Positions 1 through 7,272 of a stretch of 7,299 bases of DNA are shown one piece after another; within the stretch, counting starts at the first letter, position 1; each line of letters starts with the position of its first letter. Source of the DNA: Candidatus Vampirococcus lugosii (lineage in GTDB: Bacteria; Patescibacteriota; Gracilibacteria; Absconditabacterales; Absconditicoccaceae). The position numbers and the translations under genes were made by a program. The stretch lies in contig NZ_JAEDAM010000047.1 in the NCBI RefSeq assembly GCF_018420025.1, forward strand, positions 1 to 7,299. Direction: 5' to 3'. The notes beneath the pieces are model-generated. The model worked only from the letters and a program-made list of their open reading frames with translations, did not search any database and was not told the origin of the DNA.

Positions 1-72
1 CCTGTAATTCATCTTCAATTGAATCTTCCTGTAATTCATCTTCAATTGAATCTTCTTGTAATTCATCTTCAA
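1..72. repeat. 27-bp tandem repeat with two identical copies plus one partial diverged copy; the array is truncated by the window edge.
   Basis: Positions 1..27 and 28..54 are identical (cctgtaattcatcttcaattgaatctt). Positions 55..72 repeat the first 18 nt with one c>t change. One unit is exactly 9 codons and encodes EDSIEDELQ on the minus strand. Confidence 0.9.
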
Positions 73-127
73 AAACATAATCATCTACTGAATTGCTTTT
101 TAAATCTGTTAATTTAATATTATTCAT
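1..127 (-). CDS. 5' end of a CDS that runs off the left edge. It encodes an acidic protein with 9-aa tandem repeats; function unknown.
   Basis: The ATG is the reverse complement of 125..127, and an in-frame TAA lies just upstream (143..145). The translation MNNIKLTDLKSNSVDDYVFEDELQEDSIEDELQEDSIEDELQ... stays open to position 2. The frame differs from that of the other four genes. No family was recognised. Confidence 0.6.
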   Translation of the reverse strand, partial: MNNIKLTDLKSNSVDDYVFEDELQEDSIEDELQEDSIEDELQ

Positions 128-152
128 ATTTTTTATTTTTATTTATAATCTA

Positions 153-174
153 AAAACAATTTTTTAATTGTTTT
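153..174 (-). promoter_or_regulatory. Inverted repeat aaaacaatt-tttt-aattgtttt between the DUF368 stop and the next start codon. It could be a weak intrinsic terminator, a leader hairpin or an operator.
   Basis: The arms are 9 bp (153..161 and 166..174) with a 4-nt spacer. On the minus strand the hairpin is followed by a 5-T run. It starts 1 nt after the candidate -10 hexamer. The stem has only one G:C pair, so it is weak. Confidence 0.3.
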
Positions 175-175
175 A

Positions 176-203
176 ATTTTATTATTTTTTTTAAATTTGT
201 CAA
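176..203 (-). promoter_or_regulatory. Candidate sigma70-like promoter for the leftmost (partial) gene.
   Basis: On the minus strand there is an exact TTGACA (revcomp of 198..203), a 16-nt spacer, and TAAAAT (revcomp of 176..181), about 50 nt upstream of the ATG at 127. -10-like hexamers are abundant in DNA this AT-rich, so the exact -35 is the main support. Confidence 0.35.
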
Positions 204-225
204 TTTTTTTATATAATATAAATAT

Positions 226-1071
226 TTATTGTTGACTTTTTTTGTTTTTAATGTTTAATAAAATTTTTGGGAAATAAAATGAAATTGAAAATCAAATTAT
301 AAATATAATAATAAGAATTATATATACATATATATTATATATATTTTTAAATGGAATTAAAGTAAAAGATGAAGCTAAAACCATAGCTATTATAATATAA
401 TAAAAATGAGATGCAAAAGATGAATTTAAAATATAATATATAACACGAGCTGATAATATAATTCATATTATAGCTCAAAATCATATTATAAATAACTTAT
501 CAAAAACAAAATCTTTTACAAAAGAAAGTATATTTTCATATTCACCCAAAATAAGCAACATCATAGATCATGAAAATCAAGGTATTATCATGGAAGCGGC
601 TGCAACAAATCAAGAAAAAAAAAGTTTTATATTGTAAATAATTCAATTTGTATCACTATTTGAATATAAATCTCAACTTCAAAAATAAAATAATAAAAGA
701 ACAGAAAATAATCAAATTAAAAAAACTAATATTTTTGAAATTGATAATTTATTATTTGGAATATTTTTATATAAATAAGGAATAGATCATAATATAATTC
801 ATATTATAAAAATATTTGTATAGATTTCATAAGAATCTATAAGTGCAGAAAATATATAAGAGAATATAAATATTCAAATTAATGCTCAAATTCAAATAAT
901 TGATAAGAAAAGAAAATATTTTTTTCTATTTTTAGAATCTGTAATAATATTTGAAATAGATTTTGTTAATTCTTTATATATTCAAAGAATTACCGCCATT
1001 GTTCATCAAGACAATCATGGAATTATATTAGCAATTCAAATAAGCATTCATTTTAATAAATTCAAAAACAT
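226..1071 (-). CDS. DUF368-family polytopic membrane protein, PopT-like, a candidate for undecaprenyl-phosphate translocation/recycling; 281 aa under table 25.
   Basis: The frame is open from ATG (1069..1071) to TAA (226..228) with about 22 in-frame TGAs and no TAA or TAG. The N-terminus reads [35 protein letters not shown]. A second half-repeat signature reads AAASMIIPGFSGSMMLLILGE. The protein is hydrophobic throughout (e.g. IIGIGALIGIFIFSYIFSAL, LIGLFSVLLLFYF). The paired PGxSGG/PGxSGS motifs are the hallmark of DUF368. Confidence 0.85.
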
Positions 1072-1092
1072 TAAATTATATTTAAATATAAA

Positions 1093-2172
1093 TTATTTAT
1101 TATTTTTCATAAGATATAATGCACTTCATAATAAATTTTTATCATTTTTATCAACTGTAACGGAAGTATGTGGGTAAGGTATTCTTATATTATTTTCCAA
1201 AATAGCTTTATAAATATAATGATTTATTTTTCATAATATTACTGGAGGTCAATCCAAAACAACATTAGGATCTATATGGAAACTTGCTCTAATTTCTACT
1301 CAATTTGAAGTATTATTAGTAAAATCACGATCTCATCAACTATCTCAAATTTTACTTATCAAAGCTTTAGTTAATTTTTTATTAGTAACTAGTCAAGAAT
1401 TATTTACTGCATCTATTATAACATCACAAGCTTTTTGAATATCTTCTTCATAATGTATCAAAACAAAAGTTCGTAATATAATACTATCTTCAGAAGTATA
1501 AGTTTTTAATGGATTTGTAATCATATCTAAATTAGGAATTATAACTCTTCTTTTGTCATATATAAGTCTTAATACCGTATATCTAATAGTTATTTCATCA
1601 ATTATACCAAAATATGATTGATTATTTGGTTTTTCTAATTCAACTTTATCTCAAAGTTTAATTTCTTTTGTAAGTAAAAGCATAACTCAAGCAAACATAT
1701 TACCCAATATTTCTCTAAAAGCAAATCATATACCAACAGAAAGTCATCATAACAAAATTCATATATCAAAACCAATTATTTGAAATCAAATAAAAATTGA
1801 AATCAACAATAATGGATAGAAAATCATACTAGAAACTAAATTTCAAGCTCTCTGAGAATAAACATCAACATCATCATCTTCTCAAGCATTTTCATTATCT
1901 GGAATATTAATATTATTAATAAATCTATTTCTAATATAAACTGCGATTATTTTTGAAATAAACATTAAAACTGCAGTTACTAATATTGCAATAATAGCTT
2001 GTATAGCAATAGTAAAAATATTGCTATCAAAAATAGAACTAGAATTAGTATTTACGGTAATTGCTTCTTCAGTTCATTCTCATTGAGCATAAGTTTTAAC
2101 TAAAAATAAGACATTTATCAAAATTATTAAAAATAATTTTATATTTTTAGTATTTAATAAATTTAATTTCAT
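1093..2172 (-). CDS. mscS: MscS-family small-conductance mechanosensitive channel; 359 aa under table 25.
   Basis: The gene runs from ATG 2170..2172 to TAA 1093..1095 with about 19 in-frame TGAs. The core GLSVGIGFAFREILGNMFAGVMLLLTKEIKLGDKVELEKPNNQSYFGIIDEITIRYTVLRLIYDKRRVIIPNLDMITNPLKTY matches the MscS pore helix and beta-domain pattern (G.G.AFA...L.N...G..LL......GD.V......G.I..I..R.T.L......R.IIPN). The N-terminus MKLNLLNTKNIKLFLIILINVLFLVKTYAQG looks like a signal peptide or first TM helix. The C-terminal IRIPYPH motif is typical of the family. Confidence 0.85.
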
Positions 2173-2193
2173 TTTAATATTTATTTTTTTAAA

Positions 2194-5100
2194 TTAAAAG
2201 TTAAATCATCCTAAATTAGGATTTTGGTTTCTATTTCTTTTGTAATCAAGATTATTTGGATCTTCATCTACTTTTTTCTTAGCAGAAACAACATTTTCTT
2301 GTTTAAATATTACATAAAGAACAGATTCTAATTTATCATTACTAATATTTGATATATTATTTGCTATATATGAAGATAATAATTCAAGTCATTGTCTCAT
2401 TTGTGAAGGCATACTTCTATTAATCCCAGTACCAAAACAGTTTTCAAACATAGACATAATTTCTTTTTTTGTTTCTGATTTAGATTTTCAATCACTTTTG
2501 GAGTGTAAAATACTTTGTAAAATATCAGAATATGTATTTGAATGAACATTTACAAACCAAGTAGAATAAACTCACATTATATATTCAAATTTATTTATAT
2601 TTACATCAAATTCATATTTTTTTAGAGTTCAATTAAATATATTCCAAAGTCCACGTCACAAAGGATTATTAAAATCTCTTCAATTATGAGATTTCATACT
2701 AGAATCAGCAAGTTTAGGTCAAATATGTAAAATAGATTTCATATATGGAATAGCTTCATTTGGTTTTAATTTTGAATCATATGGAATATCTTTTCATTTT
2801 TTCAAAACTATATCTTTATATTCTCATAATATTTCTTTAATTTCTTTTTGTTCTTTATTTAGATTTTGTAAATTTTCTAATTTTTTTAATTCAGCAAAAG
2901 CTCAATTATCTAAATCAGAATTTGATAAAAATGAAGATATTTTTGATCAATTAGAAGCCCACCAATAAAGAAATTTACTTTGAATTTTTTCTTTTTTATC
3001 AGCTCCAGAATCAGGAGATATTGTATTCATAGACCAAGATGTAAAACTTGAGAATTCATTAGATCATTTACTAATATAATCAAATAATTTTACTATTTTT
3101 TCAGGACCTTTGTAAGTATTAACAAAAAAACCTACAGGAAAAGAATATGTTCAAGCTATTTTCATATATTCTGTTTTAAGTGTTTCATCCCAATTTAAAT
3201 ATTCTCAAGATATAATAGGTAAAAGCATCATTCAATACCACTTTTGATAATGTCATTCATGATCAACTTTTTCAGAAAGAGCTCTTAATGTTCAAATTTG
3301 TCTAGCTGGCATAGCTCATTTCATAATTCAATTTAAATCATTATAAACCATTTCAAAATTAGATTTACTTGACATATTATTATGCATTTCATCAACTTTA
3401 GACGAACTAAAATTCGTTGATATAGCTCAATCCAAAGCTCATTGAAATTTGGAACCAAAAATTTTTCTCATTTTTTCAGAACCTACTGTATCTTTTATAT
3501 AATCTAATTCAAGTCTTGCTAATTCATTTTGAAGTGTTTCGTTGTCTCAAGTTTTTTTTAATTGTGATATTAGAAAACTTTTATTATTTTGATAAACTTT
3601 TAAATATTCAGGTCACAATATTGCATTAACCCAAGCTCAAGATCATGAATATTTTTTTAATCATCTATAATATGGACCTCATCATTTTTCCAAAGAATGA
3701 AGAAGATATCCAGCAGCTTTTAATTTATCTTTTGAAGATCATTTTTTTTCAAAAACTTCATTTTTTATTACATTAACAATTTCTTTATCATGAACTGCAC
3801 CATCACGAGATAATCTATCTTTATGTTTATTTATTATTGACCAAAGTTTACTATCATATTCAGAGAATGCCTCTTGTCTCAATTCAGAAACAATAGAACC
3901 TGGAATTACAGATGCTATTTTACTATCCAAAAGTGACATATAAAATTGTGATGCCCTAAGTTCATCTTCACTTTTCCATCTTTCCAAATAATTATCTTTT
4001 ATAGATTTAAATGATATTAACATAGCTGAAATTGATAATCCATTACTTTTCATTTTTTTATCAGGATTAGCATTAATTTTATTTTTTAACATTTCGGCAT
4101 CTTCTTTTGTATATGGATTAAGTCATTTTTCTGAACAAAAAATAGAAAATGCATTATAAGACATTTTTTTTTCTTTTGGTGATAGATTTTCATTTCCCAA
4201 AATTATTCAATCTGGCAAATATTTTATATAATATAATAATGGTATTTTTTTTGAATTTCAAGATTCATTATATTCATCATATTCCATTCAAACATAATCA
4301 ATTTGATTATTGTCAGAATCAAAAAATTTTCATCATTTTTCTTTTAAATTCAACCATTTTTCTTTAAAATTTTTGAATCATTTGTAATCTTCCAAGTTTA
4401 TATTTTTTATATATTTCAAAAATTCATCAGAACTATCTATAGTTTTGAATTTCATAGAAACTCAACTTACTGGTTCTTTATTCAAAAAATTAGAAAATTG
4501 TTCATAATTTATTTCTATTTTTTTTGAAAAATATTCATTAGTTTCTCAACAATAAAAATTAGCTTCAATTTTTACTTTTCAATTGTATAAAATTTTAGGT
4601 TCACTTGTTATTTCCATAAATCACCATTGAGATCATCATCATGGATAAATTGATTCTCAAACTCTAAAAGCTAGACTAGATCAAATATTAAATTCTGCAT
4701 CTTTATCTCATTTTATTTTTTTCCAATCATTATTTATTAAAGATAAAGTTTCATTTCAATCCATATTTTCATTAAATTGTAAATCTTCATCAAAAGATTT
4801 TACACTTTCATCTATTGATAATCAATTTGTAAGTAAACCAGATAAATTAAGATATAATAAATCTCATATTTTTTCATTACTAATTTGTAAATTATCATCA
4901 ATAATTCATAAATTTTTAAGTAAATTTAAAACTTCATTATCTCATTGTGTTTGAGAAATTTTTAAATTTAAATTAATTTGCATATTTTCATCTATAAAAA
5001 TTTTTTTTTCATCAAATACTAATTTAGTATATTTATTTCACAAATATAAATTTAATTCTTTTTGATTTGGATTCAATAAATTTGTAATAAATTCTTTATG

Positions 5101-6159
5101 ATTATTTATCATAGATTTTGGTAAAGAAAAATAATTTTCTAATTTGGAAGAAAAAGATGAAGAAAAAAGAATTTCAACAAATTCTTCAAAATCTATTTTT
5201 TTATTATCAATACTAGAAAAGTTATTCAATAAAAATTTCTTTTTTGAATTATCTATTTCAGATTCATCCAAAAGTAAAATATTAGCAATAATATAATTTA
5301 AATCCAAATCTTTTTGATCAAGAGTATCAGAAAACTTATCATCAATATTAAATCATTTTTGATTAAGTTTATCTTTTTGAGATTCAATATATTGTTTATC
5401 TATATTTTTTACTTTATTAAAAAGTTCTTCTCACAAATATTCTTTAATAAAATTTTTTGTATCAAAAATATTAGATAAACCAGAAAAATAATTTTCCATA
5501 TCATCCGTATATTTAATTACCTCACTTTTGCAAGAAGATTTAATGAATCAAGATTGTATATCTTCATTATTATCCAAATTAGTAATAAAATCATTATCTA
5601 AATTAGAAACAAGATCAGATATAGATATAGATTGTTTAGAAATAAAGTTTTTTTGTTCTTCCAAAAGATTATCGGAAATTATTAATTCAGTATTAAAAAA
5701 AACTTGTAATCAATCTATATCTTGGACTTGTCAAATATTTTCAATATAATAATTTAATTCATTTTCTTCTAATCATAATATATAAATTTTTTCTATAAGT
5801 TTATTCTTAATAGTTTGCAAAAATCAATTATGTAAACTATTTTTATATTTTATATAAAAATCTGATGATAAAAAATCATTTGATAAAACATAATCAAATG
5901 TCATTCACATATTACTAAAATCATCTAATATTAAATTTTTATTTCAAGATTTATTTATAATTTGTTTGTAATTATTTATTATATCTTGATCTGAAATATT
6001 GTTTGAACTTATAAAGTTTTTGAAACTATCATAATTTGTAATTTGTGAATTACTATTTTTGTATAATAAAGATATTAATAATTGAGTTTGAATATTAGAA
6101 ATTAATTTATTTCTATTATTTTTTTGTAAAGAATCTAAATTTTTTTGATCTAATTCCAT
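2194..6159 (-). CDS. Giant orphan protein of 1,321 aa under table 25; function unknown and no recognisable domain.
   Basis: A single frame is open from ATG (6157..6159, preceded by an in-frame TAA at 6169..6171) to TAA (2194..2196). It has no TAA or TAG in 1,321 codons of ~25% GC DNA and about 62 in-frame TGAs. It joins the track fragments 5944..6159, 5038..5307 and 3739..4092, which all lie in the same frame. The N-terminus is MELDQKNLDSLQKNNRNKLISNIQ... and the C-terminus is ...DYKRNRNQNPNLGGFNF. I saw no Walker A motif, no HExxH, no N-terminal signal peptide and no obvious TM helix. Confidence 0.85.
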
Positions 6160-6197
6160 TTTATAATTTTATATTTTATATATTAAAATTACTATTA

Positions 6198-6225
6198 ATA
6201 ATAAATAATTATTATTTAATGTCAA
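6198..6225 (-). promoter_or_regulatory. Candidate sigma70-like promoter in the 84-nt tatD/giant-ORF spacer.
   Basis: On the minus strand there is an exact TTGACA (revcomp of 6220..6225), a 16-nt spacer, and TATTAT (revcomp of 6198..6203), about 40 nt upstream of the ATG at 6159. It sits in the only sizeable intergenic gap inside the array. Confidence 0.35.
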
Positions 6226-6243
6226 TTTAAAAATTATTTTATA

Positions 6244-7044
6244 TTATCAATATAATGCAAAAAAATTATCTTCTATAATATCTATATAATTATCTAAATC
6301 ATAATCAATTAAGTTTGCTGTATATTCATAAATATATTTAATATAAGATGAATCATTTATTTTTCATCTATATGGATGTGGTGTTAGATATGGAGCATCA
6401 GTTTCTATTAAAATATTTTGTTTTTCTGTTGCCAAAAAAGATTCTCTAATGTTTTCTGCTTTTGGAAAAGTAATATTTCAAGTATATCATATCCAAATAT
6501 TTTCAAAATTTTCTTGTAATACATTAATTTCATTTGCTCAATATCACCAACAATGAAAATAAATTTTTAATTTTGGAAAATTTTTAATTATATCATATGT
6601 AGACTCAAAATCATCTCTAGAATGAATTATTACTGGTAAATCTAATTTTTGAGCTAATTCGCATTGCATCATAAAAAATTTTTTTTGACTTGATAGAGTT
6701 TCTGATTTACTTGAATAATGAACATCAATACCACATTCACCTATAGCATAAATATATTTTATATTTTTGTTGTAAAATTGTTCCATTTCATTCAAAATAT
6801 TTTCAAATTGATATGGATATATATTTTCATTTGCTACCAAACTTGGATGATATCAAATACTAGAAAATAATTGTAATGATGTATTATTATTTTTTTGTAT
6901 TTCTACAGCTTTTAAAGCCCGATCCATATCTACTGCCACATTCATTAATCATTTTCATCAATTTTCTTCAAATTTTTTTAAAAAATATTCATAGTCTGCA
7001 AATAATTGTTCAGAATTTAAGTGTGTATGAGAATCAAAATACAT
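6244..7044 (-). CDS. tatD: TatD/YabD-family metal-dependent hydrolase (DNase); 266 aa under table 25.
   Basis: The gene runs from ATG 7042..7044 (in-frame TAA at 7051..7053) to TAA 6244..6246 with 10 in-frame TGAs. The sequence reads MYFDSHTHLNSEQ (HxH metal site) ...SSIGYHP...AIGECGIDVHY...LPVIIHSRD...YFHCWGYG...IGYTGNITFPKA...[28 protein letters not shown]. The track ORF 6544..6840 is the internal TGA-free segment. Confidence 0.9.
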
Positions 7045-7250
7045 ATTTTTTTATATTATTAATAAGAATTAAATTATTTAATAAATATTTATTTATAATA
7101 AATATTTGTATAAAGTATTTTATACATATTTAAATAAATAGCAATATATTTTGAATTTTTTTGTAATAGTTTATTTAATTTAGTATTTTATAAAAAATTA
7201 ATTAATGTAAAAAGACTTGAATATATATTTATTTTCTTTATATATTTCAA

Positions 7251-7272
7251 AACTCAATTAATTAATTGAGTT
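7251..7272. other. Perfect 22-bp palindrome aactcaattaattaattgagtt. It could be the terminator of an upstream minus-strand gene or a dimeric-regulator operator.
   Basis: The 22-mer equals its own reverse complement. On the minus strand the stem runs into TTTT-G-AAA. A minus-strand frame is open from the right edge (...IKYTLNMIYNSIN) and stops at TAA 7258..7260, inside the palindrome. This fits a gene end with a terminator, but only 13 codons are visible. Confidence 0.4.

Noticed and set aside
615-623. Homopolymer tracts (A9 at 615..623, T9 at 4164..4172 and 5001..5009) inside CDSs, considered as slipped-strand phase-variation switches.
   Set aside because: Runs of 8-9 A or T are expected at this base composition. 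They encode ordinary K/F residues, and no evidence of alternative frames is visible from a single sequence.
454-808. An exact 20-bp direct repeat, ataatataattcatattata, at 454..473 and 789..808. It is itself a 7-bp-stem hairpin and could have been mobile-element ends or a regulator site.
   Set aside because: Both copies lie inside the DUF368 CDS and encode the same peptide (IIGIIL) in TM helices. This is explained by strongly biased codon choice (ATA/ATT, TGA, TTA). There are no flanking element features.
340-1180. A plus-strand frame reads protein-like, with long stop-free stretches. Examples are YITRADNIIHIIAQNHIINNLSKTKSF... and a start-less run of about 105 codons, ENINIQINAQ...STVTEVCG. 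It suggested a degraded pseudogene or a further codon reassignment.
   Set aside because: It is the antisense shadow of the DUF368 gene and the mscS 3' end. The minus strand is fully open here with textbook DUF368 motifs, while the plus frame has 9 TAA/TAG stops and no start codon.
2485-2511. SDGKSKS in the giant ORF, considered as a possible Walker A/P-loop.
   Set aside because: It does not fit [AG]xxxxGK[ST], because the residue five positions before the Gly is His. I saw no Walker B candidate.
3250-3261. HEGH in ...EKVDHEGHYQKW..., considered as a possible zinc-metalloprotease motif.
   Set aside because: The spacing is HExH, not the zincin HExxH, and I saw no downstream third ligand motif. 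This is too weak to call.
4149-4367. Track ORFs on the plus strand: 4149..4367, 5528..5749 and 6876..7133.
   Set aside because: All lie antisense to the giant ORF or tatD. They encode F/I/L/N-rich low-complexity peptides typical of AT-rich antisense frames and match no family. Accepting them would require ignoring the much longer minus-strand frame.
3739-6159. Interpreting the fragments 3739..4092, 5038..5307 and 5944..6159 as remnants of a decayed pseudogene, or as separate small genes.
   Set aside because: All are in one frame. Every interruption is TGA and none is TAA or TAG, and there are no frameshifts. Random decay in DNA this AT-rich would produce mostly TAA.
2194-7044. Reading TGA as tryptophan (table 4, Mycoplasma/Spiroplasma-like), which is the more common explanation for AT-rich DNA full of in-frame TGA.
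   Set aside because: The TGA positions coincide with invariant Gly, not Trp, in TatD (GxHP, PYRGK), MscS (LGD) and DUF368 (PGxSGG). Table 4 would give strings such as PWLSWWT and YPWWWSQWW. TGG is still present for Trp.
7107-7126. A short inverted repeat, tgtataaa-gtat-tttataca, about 65-80 nt upstream of the tatD ATG, considered as an operator. A TTGAAA-17-TATATA promoter-like pair lies near 7216..7250.
   Set aside because: The arms are 8 bp and almost entirely A/T, and such hexamers occur by chance often in this composition. The sequence gives no basis for preferring them over other matches.
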